Program-made: the position numbers and the translations under genes
Virus record (IMG/VR): IMGVR_UViG_3300008952_002707
Location: 7,183-71,182 of that record
DNA length: 64,000 nucleotides
From: a virus
Direction: 5' to 3' (one strand)
In this document: positions 1-10,424 of the stretch, in pieces
How positions within the stretch are numbered: the stretch's first letter is position 1
Layout of the letters: the number at the start of each line of letters is the position of its first letter
The notes under the pieces: model-generated
What the model was told of the DNA's origin: nothing
The model's database searches: none
Seen by the model: the letters and a program-made list of their open reading frames with translations, nothing else

Positions 1-29
1 ACCTATATATTAATAGCAAAGGGACCTCT

Positions 30-1349
30 ATGAGTCGTAAAAAAACTTATGTGCTGGACACCAGTGTATATTTAACAAACGCAGAATGCATTTATGCTTT
101 TAAAAATAATGATATCCACGTACCTCTTAAAGTATTTGAGGAAATAGACAAACACAAGAAGCGTCAAGATGCAGTTGGTGCGCAAGCAAGGAAGATCATC
201 CGTATATGGGATGAGTTAAGGGGCACTGGATCGCTGGATAAGGGCGCCCGGATACGAAAAGGATTAGGTATAGTTAAATCTATCAGTGCTGCGGGTATAA
301 CACCTGAGGATCTGCCTTGCGATCTTGACATAAAAATTCCTGATCATCTGATTATTGCTACTGCCCTTAAAGCTCAACGGGAGAGTGACCGGAAGGTAAT
401 TCTAGTATCCCGGGACATCAATATGCGCGTGATTGCGGATGCTGTTGGACTGACATCAGAAGACTTTCAGAACAATCAAGTCGTCGATACTAGTGAAAAT
501 ATATTCACAGGATATACCACGGTTTTAGTAGATGATCAGATAATTGATAGGTTCTATGAAAGACAGAGTGTGTATCTTGAGACGCCCGGGCTTTTCTCAA
601 ATCAATATGTTATGTTGGTTTCCAGCGCCAATGAGAAGAAGACTGCTTTAGGGAGATATGTTAATCAAGCAACTCCTTTGCGTCAATTAATAACAAGCAA
701 GCAAAAGGTTTGGGGAATCAAGCCTCGCAACAAAGAGCAGCAATTTCTTATGGACGCGCTGATGGACCCACGAATCCAGATTGTGACGGCCATCGGTAAG
801 GCAGGGAGCGGTAAGACGATCTGTGCGATCGCTGCAGGGCTCGAACAGACCATAGATGAGACTAGCCAAGAATACACCCGCGTAATCGTCTCACGACCCG
901 TACAGCCCCTAGGAAAGGACATTGGCTTCCTGCCGGGGACCATGGAGGAGAAGATGTCTCCCTGGTTGATGCCTATTCAAGATAATCTCCAATTTTTGAT
1001 GGGAAATGATAAAATAACCCTTGACATTTACATGCAAAAGGGTACAATAGAGATAGAAGCATTGACTTACATTCGTGGTCGCTCAATCTCAAATGCCTTT
1101 ATCATAATTGATGAAGCACAAAACTTGACAACTCACGAATTAAAGACTATAATAACAAGAGTGGGAGAAGGTACTAAAATCGTGTTGACCGGTGACGTAG
1201 AACAAATTGATAATGTTTATATCGATGCAACGTCGAACGGCTTGACACATGCCGTTGAGAAGTTTAAGCGCTTCGAACTGGCTTCTCATATCACCCTGAC
1301 TAAGGGTGAGAGATCAAAGGTTGCAACCTTCGCCGCAGAAAATTTGTGA
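30..1349 (+). CDS. phoH: PIN-domain PhoH-family ATPase (PhoH2/YlaK-like)
   Basis: N-terminal PIN motif YVLDTSV...D...SRDINMR; Walker A GKAGSGKT; RGRS, DEAQN and GDVEQID PhoH motifs. Confidence 0.93.
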   Translation: MSRKKTYVLDTSVYLTNAECIYAFKNNDIHVPLKVFEEIDKHKKRQDAVGAQARKIIRIWDELRGTGSLDKGARIRKGLGIVKSISAAGITPEDLPCDLDIKIPDHLIIATALKAQRESDRKVILVSRDINMRVIADAVGLTSEDFQNNQVVDTSENIFTGYTTVLVDDQIIDRFYERQSVYLETPGLFSNQYVMLVSSANEKKTALGRYVNQATPLRQLITSKQKVWGIKPRNKEQQFLMDALMDPRIQIVTAIGKAGSGKTICAIAAGLEQTIDETSQEYTRVIVSRPVQPLGKDIGFLPGTMEEKMSPWLMPIQDNLQFLMGNDKITLDIYMQKGTIEIEALTYIRGRSISNAFIIIDEAQNLTTHELKTIITRVGEGTKIVLTGDVEQIDNVYIDATSNGLTHAVEKFKRFELASHITLTKGERSKVATFAAENL

Positions 1350-1356
1350 GATTAAT

Positions 1357-1593
1357 ATGGAAAACGAAAACCCTGATTTAGAAAGACCAGTTGAAGGAAA
1401 CACCGGGCTGCAACAGCTCGTTGTTAATTACATTGGCAACCGCTTAGATGCGCCGGAGGAGGTTACTGTTGATATGGCAGTACAGGTCTTCGCTGCAGAA
1501 TTCCCGCAGTTTCTTATGGCAATTGCCGAAGAGAACTTCCTGCGAGGTTATCAACAAGCACTAGATGATGTAGAAGCAGCTGAAAAAAAATAA
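1357..1593 (+). CDS. Hypothetical protein (78 aa)
   Basis: In-frame ATG at 1357 just after the phoH stop; fills the gap; acidic and helical. Confidence 0.7.
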   Translation: MENENPDLERPVEGNTGLQQLVVNYIGNRLDAPEEVTVDMAVQVFAAEFPQFLMAIAEENFLRGYQQALDDVEAAEKK

Positions 1594-1599
1594 GGGCTG

Positions 1600-2223
1600 A
1601 TGGAATATTACATATACGACGTCCCGGTATTCGTGACGGCGCCCTTAGAAGAGGGCGTCGACTTACCCGTATTTTGCCAAGAAGTCGAGGATATTTTACC
1701 TCATCGACTTTTGCACAATATTGATGTTGTGTATATAGGGGCACTTAGCGCAGCACAGGGCAACCGAACTGCCGCGTATTCCAACGGCGCCATATATGTG
1801 TCTGTGTCCGAGCCTACTAACTTTGATATGTTAGAGAGCTTTGTTCATGAAGTGGCCCACTCTTTAGAGTCTAGGTATGGTATGTTTATTTATACTGATA
1901 ACCTCATCAACGAATTTAAAGGAAAGCGCGAAAGACTGTTTCATCTATTGAGTGCTGAGGGGTTTCATACAAATCCGGTTTTATACGGGTTTACTGAATA
2001 CAACGAAAAATTTGATAATTTCCTTGCCAATGAAGTTGGCTACCCTACTCTGTTGTCTTTGACAATGGGACTATTTGTATCGCCATATGGCGCTACCTCT
2101 GTGCAAGAGTATTTTGCAAACGGATTCGAGAAGTATTTTCTCGACAACCCACGAACGGTGAGAGATATTTCACCGATTCTGTATAGAAAGATTGAAGAAA
2201 TAATTAATGACGACGAAGCGTGA
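1600..2223 (+). CDS. Zincin-like metallopeptidase
   Basis: HEVAH (HExxH) with a distal YGATSVQEYFANGF third-ligand motif. Confidence 0.7.
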   Translation: MEYYIYDVPVFVTAPLEEGVDLPVFCQEVEDILPHRLLHNIDVVYIGALSAAQGNRTAAYSNGAIYVSVSEPTNFDMLESFVHEVAHSLESRYGMFIYTDNLINEFKGKRERLFHLLSAEGFHTNPVLYGFTEYNEKFDNFLANEVGYPTLLSLTMGLFVSPYGATSVQEYFANGFEKYFLDNPRTVRDISPILYRKIEEIINDDEA

Positions 2224-2989
2224 ACACATATCCTATTCTGAATTAAAGGATTGGGCTCAGTGCCCCCACTACCACAAGAAAGCCTGGATTGAAAAAATAG
2301 CCCCATTCGAAGGCAATGAATACACCGCCTTTGGTAGTGCCATCCACGATGTATGCGAGAAAAAGCTCCTCAAAGAGGATATCAACGAAGCAGAGGTGTT
2401 TCAGATTGGCTTTGCTAAGAGACTTCAAGACCTACTTGAAAAGAATATTGAGGTCAATCCTAGCAACGTTAAACAAATGAAAGTTGCTGGACCAGCAATC
2501 TTGACCGAAGTCGACGACGCCTTAAAATCATATTTCGGAGAGTATGAAGTTTTTTCTTCTGAGGAGATGCTTTATGTGCCGATCGAAGACTTCAATATCT
2601 TTTTTAAAGGCTTCGTAGATGCTGTTGTCAAAGTAGGAGACACCTATCACCTTTTCGATTGGAAGACTTGTTCCTGGGGCTGGGACTCACGAAAAAAGGC
2701 AGAAAAGCTAGTCACGTACCAGTTAACCTTATACAAACATTTCTTCTGTCAGAAGCATAAAATCGACCCAACCAAGGTTGAAACACACTTTGCTTTGTTA
2801 AAAAGAACGGCTAAAAAAGACCGGGTAGAGATATTTAGAGTAACGAGCGGCGTACAAAAAACTGAAAATGCCCTTAAACTTCTCTATCAAGCAATTTATA
2901 ATATCACTAAAAGATTTACCATAAAGAATAGGCTGAACTGTCATAAGCCCTATCCGTGTAAATTGCTTAATACTGAACACTGCCCATAA
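2207..2989 (+). CDS. PD-(D/E)XK exonuclease, Cas4/RecB-like, probably Fe-S binding
   Basis: ISYSE...CP, FGSAIH, GFVD...DWKT, YQLTLY; one N-terminal and three C-terminal Cys (CHKPYPC...HCP). Confidence 0.85.
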   Translation: MTTKREHISYSELKDWAQCPHYHKKAWIEKIAPFEGNEYTAFGSAIHDVCEKKLLKEDINEAEVFQIGFAKRLQDLLEKNIEVNPSNVKQMKVAGPAILTEVDDALKSYFGEYEVFSSEEMLYVPIEDFNIFFKGFVDAVVKVGDTYHLFDWKTCSWGWDSRKKAEKLVTYQLTLYKHFFCQKHKIDPTKVETHFALLKRTAKKDRVEIFRVTSGVQKTENALKLLYQAIYNITKRFTIKNRLNCHKPYPCKLLNTEHCP

Positions 2990-2998
2990 GGAATAAAT

Positions 2999-4249
2999 AT
3001 GTCTGATAAAATTAAGATCTTTACGATTAGTGACCACCCATTATCCCCTTCAGGAGTGGGGACTCAAACTAAATACATGATCGAAGGGATGCTGAAAACT
3101 GGAAAATACCAGTTTGTCTCCTTCGGAGGAGCTATCCAGCACCCCGACCACAATCCTCAACACACAGAAGAGTGGGGACAAGACTGGATCATCTGGCCCG
3201 TTGATGGCTACGGCGACGGCGACAAGGTTCGCGCCATGATACAAGCCCAAAAGCCAGATATTTTGTGGTTTATGACGGATCCCCGCTTTTATACGTGGCT
3301 GTGGGATATTGAAAACGAAATTCGAGCGCACATGCCAATGGTCTATTATCATGTTTGGGATAATTACCCTTATCCCAAGTTCAATAGACCGTTCTATCTG
3401 TCAAATGATCATGTAGCTTGCATCTCCAAGTTAACCCATGATATCGTTGAAACCGTAGCCCCCGAAGTGGACTCTTCGTATATACCTCACGCGGTAGATG
3501 GTAATATCTTCCGACCGCACCCACCCCAGGATGTAAAAACATTCCGCCAGCAGCGCGGCTTGGATGATAAATTTGTTTGTTTTTGGAACAATCGTAATGC
3601 TCGCCGGAAACAATCCGGCACTCTCATTTTTTGGTTTAAGGACTTTCTCGATAGGGTGGGGCACGACAAGGCAACGCTGATTATGCATACAGATATCAAG
3701 GACCAACATGGTCAGGACTTGGAAGCAATTATTCATGAATTGGGGCTTATCAATGGTGAGGTCCTATTCTCTCGGGAGAAAGTGGCACCTGAGGACTTAG
3801 CCATGGTCTATAACGGCGCAGATCTGACAATCAATATTTCAGATGCCGAAGGATTTGGTTTGTCGACATTAGAGTCTCTATCGTGCGGGACGCCAATTCT
3901 CGTCAATAAAACTGGGGGTCTACAAGACCAGATCACAGATGGCGAGACTGTCTTTGGGGTAGGGCTCGAACCTTCATCTAAAGCCATCATCGGCTCACAA
4001 CAGGTTCCATATATCTATGAGGATCGACTAAACCGAGAAGACTTCTTGGACGGTCTCACTGAATTATATGAGATGGGCGCCGAGAAGCGTGCAGAAATCG
4101 GGCTATTGGGTAGGGAATGGACTGAGAAGACCTTCAATTTCGATACCTATATCCAGACCTGGGATGACCTATTCATGAAAATTGTAGATGAAAAGGGCTC
4201 CTGGGACACCAGAAAGGGCTATTCGCCCTATGAAGTTAGGACTTTTTAA
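2999..4249 (+). CDS. Glycosyltransferase, GT4 family (GT-B)
   Basis: NNRNARRK and AEGFGLSTLESLSCGTP (EGFG...E) motifs. Confidence 0.9.
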   Translation: MSDKIKIFTISDHPLSPSGVGTQTKYMIEGMLKTGKYQFVSFGGAIQHPDHNPQHTEEWGQDWIIWPVDGYGDGDKVRAMIQAQKPDILWFMTDPRFYTWLWDIENEIRAHMPMVYYHVWDNYPYPKFNRPFYLSNDHVACISKLTHDIVETVAPEVDSSYIPHAVDGNIFRPHPPQDVKTFRQQRGLDDKFVCFWNNRNARRKQSGTLIFWFKDFLDRVGHDKATLIMHTDIKDQHGQDLEAIIHELGLINGEVLFSREKVAPEDLAMVYNGADLTINISDAEGFGLSTLESLSCGTPILVNKTGGLQDQITDGETVFGVGLEPSSKAIIGSQQVPYIYEDRLNREDFLDGLTELYEMGAEKRAEIGLLGREWTEKTFNFDTYIQTWDDLFMKIVDEKGSWDTRKGYSPYEVRTF

Positions 4250-5512
4250 ATGAAAAAGAAAATATTAATAAAGGCGCCTCTTTTATCGCGCTCCGGCTAC
4301 GGAGAGCAATCCCGTTTTGCACTCCGGTCTCTACGTACACGAGAAGATCTCTTCGATATATATGTTCTCAATCTTAATTGGGGTGGTACAGGACAAATTG
4401 CTGAAAACTCCGAAGAGTCACAGTACATTAAGCGCTCCATCGAGAAGTTAACCGCTTATGCCAACTCCGCCGGCGGTCAGCCTACTTTTGATATTTCCCT
4501 GCAAATTACGGTTCCTAATGAATTTGAAACGATCGCTCCGGTAAATATAGGATATACAGCAGGCATCGAAACTACTCGGGTCGCCGGAGAGTGGATCCAA
4601 AAATCCAATGCAGCTTGCGATAAGCTTATTGTTATTTCTAATCATTCTAAAAAGGTGTTTGAGCAAACAAAATATGATATACAAACTCCCGACGGTACAC
4701 AAATGAAAGACTGGGGACTTCAAGTACCCGTTGAAGTAGTAAATTATCCGGTCCGCGAACATGACGCCGAAGAACTTAATATCGATTTGGTGACAGACAC
4801 AAATTATCTTTGTGTGGCTCAATGGGGCGTACGTAAAAATATGGAAAACACCATCAACTGGTTTGTAGAAGAGTTTAAAGACAACCCCGATGTGGGTCTT
4901 ATAGTTAAAACAAATTCCGTCAAGGAGTCAATACTAGATCGAGAGCACACGACCGCAAGGCTAGCTGGACTTTTGGCTCAACACACAGATCGAAAGTGTA
5001 AAATCTATCTTCTTCATGGTGAAGTGTCCCCCGGACAGTTGACATGGCTGTACCAGCACCCTACCATGAAAGCGCTTATCAATATAGGGCACGGCGAGGG
5101 ATTCGGCTTGCCCATGTTTGAGGCTGCCTATAATGGATTGCCTTTAATTACCGTCCCCTGGAGTGGCCAATTAGATTTTATTTGTAAGCCGAATAAGAAT
5201 AAGAAGAACGTGCCAAAGATAATTAAAGTAGATTATGATTTGAAGCCGGTTCAAGCAGAAGCAGTATGGAAAGGTGTTATCGAAGCCGAATCTATGTGGT
5301 GTTACGCGCGCGAAGCTTCTTACAAGAAGGCACTACGGGAGTCTCTAACAAAAGAGAAGCACTATAAAAAGGAAGCTGGAATACTACAAAAGCATATCCT
5401 CAAGAACTTCACAGCTGAAAAAATGTATGAACAGTTCAGGACTGCAATTTATGATCCTTCTCCCGAAGAGCTAGAGTGGCTTGAACAGATGGAAGACATC
5501 CAGATATTGTAA
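4250..5512 (+). CDS. Glycosyltransferase, GT4 family (GT-B)
   Basis: SRSGYG, RKN and HGEGFGLPMFEAAYNGLP motifs. Confidence 0.88.
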   Translation: MKKKILIKAPLLSRSGYGEQSRFALRSLRTREDLFDIYVLNLNWGGTGQIAENSEESQYIKRSIEKLTAYANSAGGQPTFDISLQITVPNEFETIAPVNIGYTAGIETTRVAGEWIQKSNAACDKLIVISNHSKKVFEQTKYDIQTPDGTQMKDWGLQVPVEVVNYPVREHDAEELNIDLVTDTNYLCVAQWGVRKNMENTINWFVEEFKDNPDVGLIVKTNSVKESILDREHTTARLAGLLAQHTDRKCKIYLLHGEVSPGQLTWLYQHPTMKALINIGHGEGFGLPMFEAAYNGLPLITVPWSGQLDFICKPNKNKKNVPKIIKVDYDLKPVQAEAVWKGVIEAESMWCYAREASYKKALRESLTKEKHYKKEAGILQKHILKNFTAEKMYEQFRTAIYDPSPEELEWLEQMEDIQIL

Positions 5513-6345
5513 TGTCCGTATTGTTTATTGCTGATTTTTATAACGATCAGATAAACGGTGGCGGCGAAAATAATGACGCCGTCCTCATACAGGATTTAGA
5601 GTCCCGCGGTGTCGATATTGAGCGGTGTTATAGTAATCAAGTTACCAGAGAACAGATAGATTCTCATGATTCTATTCTAGTTTCAAATTTTATACTTTTA
5701 AGTGATCAGTCAAAGACGTATTTAGCAAACAATGCCAATTACATTATATACGAACACGACCATAAGTATGTCTCCACGCGCGATCCCTCAAAGTTTCCCA
5801 ATTTTAAAATACCACAGGACCGCCTCGTAAATATAGAGTTTTATCAACGAGCTAAAAAGGTCGTTGTGTTGAGTCAAATATGTAAAGATGTCCTAGAGGA
5901 TAATTTAGGGCTCACAAATGTCCATAGCATCGGATCAAGCTTATGGTCAGCAAAAAAGTTTAGCTTTTTAAAATCTGTCTCTAAAGAAAAACACCAAAAT
6001 GTAGCGATTGTTCAGTCGGGCAACCCTACGAAAGGCACACCCGCAGCCGTCCAATTTTGTAATGACCGCGATCTTGCGTTTGAGTTCATCGGTTCAAATG
6101 ATCAGTATGAGTTTTTAGAGAATCTCGCACAGTTTCGAGCGCTCGTCTTTATCCCCCAAGTCCTGGAAACTTTTTGTCGTTTAGTGGCAGAAGCTAAAAT
6201 GTTGGAATGCAATGTCTATACTAACCCAAAACTTATAGGCATGATGAGCGAACCTTTTGCTACACAGTCCGGAGATGAATTAATAGAGACCCTTGAGGGG
6301 CAAGTTGGGAATGCCTTAGAATATTTTTATAAGTTATTGAAATGA
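5512..6345 (+). CDS. Glycosyltransferase-like protein (short GT-B)
   Basis: GGGE at N-terminus; KG; PQVLETFCRLVAEAK resembles the ExF...E motif. Confidence 0.65.
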   Translation: MSVLFIADFYNDQINGGGENNDAVLIQDLESRGVDIERCYSNQVTREQIDSHDSILVSNFILLSDQSKTYLANNANYIIYEHDHKYVSTRDPSKFPNFKIPQDRLVNIEFYQRAKKVVVLSQICKDVLEDNLGLTNVHSIGSSLWSAKKFSFLKSVSKEKHQNVAIVQSGNPTKGTPAAVQFCNDRDLAFEFIGSNDQYEFLENLAQFRALVFIPQVLETFCRLVAEAKMLECNVYTNPKLIGMMSEPFATQSGDELIETLEGQVGNALEYFYKLLK

Positions 6346-7199
6346 CGATATTAATCACCGGAGCTGCAGGATTTATTGGAAGTTGTCTGGTGGATACATT
6401 CCCCGCAGATCAGCTTTTGCTGTGTGATCCCCGAGACGACAAAATGCTCAATCCAGATGCAGCAGTGGGTGCTATTGGTGATGGGGCAGTGACAGCCGTT
6501 TATCATATGGGCGCCATTTCATCAACTACGGTTACAGATTTGGTAAAAGTTACTCAAGAAAATATACTCTTTAGTAGCCGCCTTTTGGAAGCATGCCTAG
6601 AAAAAAATATCCCTTTTGTATATGCCTCCTCCGCCTCGGTATATGGCACCATAGTCGGACCCCATCGAGAGTGGCAGCCTATGAAACCAGTGAATTATTA
6701 TGCCATTACCAAAACAGCATTTGATATGATGGTTCGACAGAAGATTAAAGATATACCGACCGCTCGCATTGTGGGATTAAGGTACTTTAATGTCTACGGG
6801 CATCGAGAACACCATAAGGGAGATATGGCTAGCCCAGTTCATAAATTTATTCACCAAGCAATGGAGAGTAAGCAGATACAGATATTTGAGGGAAGTGATG
6901 GTTATCACCGCGACTTCGTGCATATCGAGGATGTAGTAAAAATGACGAAAGCCGCTGTAGATTTTGAATCGGATATCTATAATGTAGGAACTGGTATTCC
7001 ACGTTCTTTCCTAGATGTTGCCAATATCATAGCCAAGAAGCTAGATGCCCAGGTAGTGGAGATACCGTTCCCAGAACATCTAAAAGGAAAATACCAGCGT
7101 AACACACAAAGCGATAATGAGAAAATCACCCAGGCAGGCTACTCCACCATAAGAATTTCTTTGGAGGAGGGCATAGAAAAGGTACTAGCTAAACGATGA
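6342..7199 (+). CDS. hldD: ADP-L-glycero-D-manno-heptose 6-epimerase
   Basis: [61 protein letters not shown]. Confidence 0.9.
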   Translation: MTILITGAAGFIGSCLVDTFPADQLLLCDPRDDKMLNPDAAVGAIGDGAVTAVYHMGAISSTTVTDLVKVTQENILFSSRLLEACLEKNIPFVYASSASVYGTIVGPHREWQPMKPVNYYAITKTAFDMMVRQKIKDIPTARIVGLRYFNVYGHREHHKGDMASPVHKFIHQAMESKQIQIFEGSDGYHRDFVHIEDVVKMTKAAVDFESDIYNVGTGIPRSFLDVANIIAKKLDAQVVEIPFPEHLKGKYQRNTQSDNEKITQAGYSTIRISLEEGIEKVLAKR

Positions 7200-7594
7200 A
7201 GACGGTATTTGTAAATGGATGCTTTGATATACTTCATCGAGGACATCTGGAGCTTTTTGCATACGCACGATCTCTGGGGGATCACCTTACGGTGGGCATC
7301 GATACGGACGAGAGAGTCCGAGAACTAAAAGGACCGCATCGACCGATTAATAGCGCGAACGATAGAGCCTATATATTATCACGGCTACAAGACATAGATC
7401 AAGTCAGACAATTTAATTCCAGAGAGGAACTAGAAAACTTAATAAAAGAACTCACTCCAGATATAATGGTAGTGGGTTCCGATTGGCAGGGGAAGGAAAT
7501 AGTTGGCGGACACTTCGCCAAAGAGATTAGATACTTTAAGAGGATAGATGGATATTCAACAACCAGAATCATTGAAGGTCATCGTAATAGGTGA
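7196..7594 (+). CDS. hldC: D-glycero-beta-D-manno-heptose 1-phosphate adenylyltransferase (RfaE domain II)
   Basis: [29 protein letters not shown]. Confidence 0.88.
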   Translation: MKTVFVNGCFDILHRGHLELFAYARSLGDHLTVGIDTDERVRELKGPHRPINSANDRAYILSRLQDIDQVRQFNSREELENLIKELTPDIMVVGSDWQGKEIVGGHFAKEIRYFKRIDGYSTTRIIEGHRNR

Positions 7595-8336
7595 TGCTTG
7601 CATTGATAAATATCATTATGGACACTGTGAACGACTGAGTCCAGAGGCACCTGTGCCTGTTTTGCGACACAACCATACTGAAGAACACGATGGGATGTGT
7701 TTAAATGTGGTGCGTAATCTTATTTCTTTTGGCATTCGGCCAGATAAGAAACATAACACCGGCATTATTTCTAAAGAGCGCTTTGTAGATCTTAAAACAA
7801 AGCAACATCTTATCCGCTTCGACGTTGGCGAAACTGGGACCCACCGCCCCTTGAGTAAAGGCGCCACCCAGCGCCTTAATTTAGAAACCTATGATGCGGT
7901 GGTTATATCCGATTACAACAAGGGCTTTATAACTGAAGAAAATGCTGATGATATCGCGAAGAGATGCCTAGAACACAAGATTCCTCTTTTCGTGGATTCG
8001 AAAAAAAAGGATTTAAGCTGTTTTGAGGGCGCCATTCTCAAGATAAATGAGAAAGAGTTCCTTGAGACGGTTCGATACCCTATAAAGTATGAGCTAGTGG
8101 TAACACTTGGCGCCGCTGGCGCAAGGTGGAACGGGGTACAGTTTGGGACGAAGCCCTGTGAGGTGTTTGATGTCTCTGGCGCAGGTGATACTTTCTTGGC
8201 TGCTCTGGTGGCCGAATACCTTAAAACGAAATCGCTCGAAAAAGCTATAGATTTTGCCAACAAGTGCTCTAGAATTGTAGTGCAGCGATTTGGAACCTAT
8301 AGTATTACAGAGGAAGATGTGAGAAACTTAACATGA
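7548..8336 (+). CDS. hldA: D-glycero-beta-D-manno-heptose 7-phosphate kinase (RfaE domain I, PfkB family)
   Basis: VIGD...[26 protein letters not shown]; true start may be TTG at 7572. Confidence 0.88.
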   Translation: MDIQQPESLKVIVIGDACIDKYHYGHCERLSPEAPVPVLRHNHTEEHDGMCLNVVRNLISFGIRPDKKHNTGIISKERFVDLKTKQHLIRFDVGETGTHRPLSKGATQRLNLETYDAVVISDYNKGFITEENADDIAKRCLEHKIPLFVDSKKKDLSCFEGAILKINEKEFLETVRYPIKYELVVTLGAAGARWNGVQFGTKPCEVFDVSGAGDTFLAALVAEYLKTKSLEKAIDFANKCSRIVVQRFGTYSITEEDVRNLT

Positions 8337-8656
8337 TAACTTATGTGTTTGATATCGACGGCACCATTTGCCATAATGAAAACAGCGATTATGAGAATTC
8401 AGTCCCCATGCAAGAGAGAATAGACAAAGTTAATCAACTCTACGATGCAGGACACACCATCATTTTCCATACAGCGCGAGGGATGGGACGAAGTAAGAAT
8501 TCCCCTGCCTTCGCTTATGCTAGCTTTTTTGAACTGACACAAGACCAACTCCATGCTTGGGGAGTAAAATACCATCGCCTGTTTATGGGGAAACCTGCAG
8601 GCAATTTTTATATTGACGATAAGGGAATAAACGATAATGACTTCTTTACCAATTAA
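8333..8656 (+). CDS. Small capless HAD phosphatase (capsule-biosynthesis type; possible GmhB surrogate)
   Basis: FDIDGTIC, HTARG, MGKP...YIDDK. Confidence 0.8.
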   Translation: MITYVFDIDGTICHNENSDYENSVPMQERIDKVNQLYDAGHTIIFHTARGMGRSKNSPAFAYASFFELTQDQLHAWGVKYHRLFMGKPAGNFYIDDKGINDNDFFTN

Positions 8657-8993
8657 GTTTGTACCAAAAGGTTGGGGCTTTGAAAAGTGGATTGTTAACT
8701 GCGAAGAATATTGCGGGAAGCTACTGTTTCTCGCCAAAGGGAAGCGTTGTTCCTGGCATTACCATAAACTCAAAGATGAGGTTTTCTATGTTCAGTCCGG
8801 ACGCATTCTGGTAAAATATTCGGAAAGTGATGTTCTCGCTGCAGCACAAGAGCAGATTTTAGAAAGAGGGGACAATTTCCACGTGTATCGAGGATTGCGC
8901 CACCAAATGATCGCTCTAGAGGACACCGAGTTATTTGAGTTTTCAACTCAACACTTTGACTCGGATAGTCATAGGATTATTAAAGGAGACTAA
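8637..8993 (+). CDS. Cupin-domain protein (sugar isomerase-like)
   Basis: VPKGWGFE, CSWHYHKLKDEVFYV...RHQM cupin metal ligands. Confidence 0.8.
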   Translation: MTSLPIKFVPKGWGFEKWIVNCEEYCGKLLFLAKGKRCSWHYHKLKDEVFYVQSGRILVKYSESDVLAAAQEQILERGDNFHVYRGLRHQMIALEDTELFEFSTQHFDSDSHRIIKGD

Positions 8994-8995
8994 TT

Positions 8996-9703
8996 ATGCA
9001 AGATGTAAGCTCCCTAGAGATGAACTGGTTCGTTCAGCATTTAGAAGAAAAAACTCCATTTGGGTTCGCTCGCTTTAATGACGGAGAAATGATGGCAGTC
9101 GATAATGTCGGCTGCACCGTTGCTCGCGGCGACCAAGTGGTCGACGAGTCTCTTAGTAACGCACTCCACGAAGCCTTAATCTATAAACAGTCTCGCTACT
9201 ATGTGGGAATTCCGTGCTCGCTCTGCTATCCTCGCCTCGCTGCACTCGCAAGGGAGTTGGTTGGCGATTATGATTATTTAACAAGAGCAGTAGCAACCAC
9301 GAATAGAAATTGGAAGACATTTATTGATACGTTTCCTTCCCTGATGGAGGGGCGACGTATGATATGGGTAGGGGGGAATGATCAGAATCCAGAAGCCCTC
9401 AAGAACTTGGGTATCAACGTGGGAAAGACTGCACTGGTCCCGCGTGTTAATAGCTGGAGTTTCTATGAAAAGATTTTTAACATGTTACCAGAATACTTCG
9501 AGCCCGGCGATGTGGTGGGGATTTCGTTGGGACCGACAGCCAGGGTCCTGGTACGACAATGGTTTGAAAAATACCCTGATCTTACTTTTATTGATATGGG
9601 GAGTAATCTCGATCCATTTACAAGAGATGTGTGGCACAACTGTCACAAGGGCTGGGAAGAAACTGGGTTTAATTTAACACAAAGATGCAAGGAGTGCAAT
9701 TAA
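8996..9703 (+). CDS. GT-D fold (DUF1792-like) glycosyltransferase
   Basis: FARFNDGE, LGPTARVL and IDMGS match GT-D motifs (RFGDGE, LGPTA, IDIG). Confidence 0.72.
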   Translation: MQDVSSLEMNWFVQHLEEKTPFGFARFNDGEMMAVDNVGCTVARGDQVVDESLSNALHEALIYKQSRYYVGIPCSLCYPRLAALARELVGDYDYLTRAVATTNRNWKTFIDTFPSLMEGRRMIWVGGNDQNPEALKNLGINVGKTALVPRVNSWSFYEKIFNMLPEYFEPGDVVGISLGPTARVLVRQWFEKYPDLTFIDMGSNLDPFTRDVWHNCHKGWEETGFNLTQRCKECN

Positions 9704-10417
9704 GTGAGAATATACTTATTAACTTCGAACAAATACAATAAGCTATGTCCTATTAACATTCATTTTTTGAATAAGTATTGGCCCGGGCAAGACATCACTC
9801 TGGTGGGTTATGAAAAGGTTTTAGAATTAACCGACCTGCCAGATAATGTTACGGTATGTTCTGTGGGGATACAAGAAGACTTTGGGAAGATGTGGACGAA
9901 TGCTCTGATCCCCTTTTTTAGAGACGTAGAAGAAGAATATTTTACTATTATTCTTGATGATCAAGTTTTGGCGAAACCAGTAGACCAGCCTCAAATGGAT
10001 TTGCTAGAGACGTACTTTAAGTACTCCCAGGCAGAAAAAGCCCAGATCGGCGGAGGCATAGAATTTGCTAGCGGAAAACCCATTGGTAATAATTTAGTGG
10101 AAATAGGACAGGACGTGGCATACCGTACGTCGCTACATCCAGCAATTTGGAAGAAAAGCTATTTTCTTAAGTATCTAAAGCCACACATGACATCGTGGGA
10201 TTTTGAGCTAGTAAACGATGCTCGCCATGATAGGGCTCGAATTTTAAATTTTGATTATGATTACCCCAATGAGCCTCACCCCTATTGCAATGTGGAGTTA
10301 TACAATAAGGGAGAAATAACAATCAACAGCGCCGGCGAAACCATAACCGATCAACCCTCTACTCACTTTTTTAAAAAAGAGGATCTAAAATACATGTGGG
10401 ACGAAATTCATAAATAA
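9704..10417 (+). CDS. Putative glycosyltransferase (GT-A-like)
   Basis: GTG start abutting the previous stop; IILDD, SLHPAIWKK, SWDFE; island context. Confidence 0.5.
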   Translation: MRIYLLTSNKYNKLCPINIHFLNKYWPGQDITLVGYEKVLELTDLPDNVTVCSVGIQEDFGKMWTNALIPFFRDVEEEYFTIILDDQVLAKPVDQPQMDLLETYFKYSQAEKAQIGGGIEFASGKPIGNNLVEIGQDVAYRTSLHPAIWKKSYFLKYLKPHMTSWDFELVNDARHDRARILNFDYDYPNEPHPYCNVELYNKGEITINSAGETITDQPSTHFFKKEDLKYMWDEIHK

Positions 10418-10424
10418 GGAGAAG

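Noticed and set aside
2207-2989. Cas4-like nuclease as a sign of a CRISPR-Cas system
   Set aside because: No repeat-spacer array or other cas genes seen; solo Cas4-like nucleases are common in phages.
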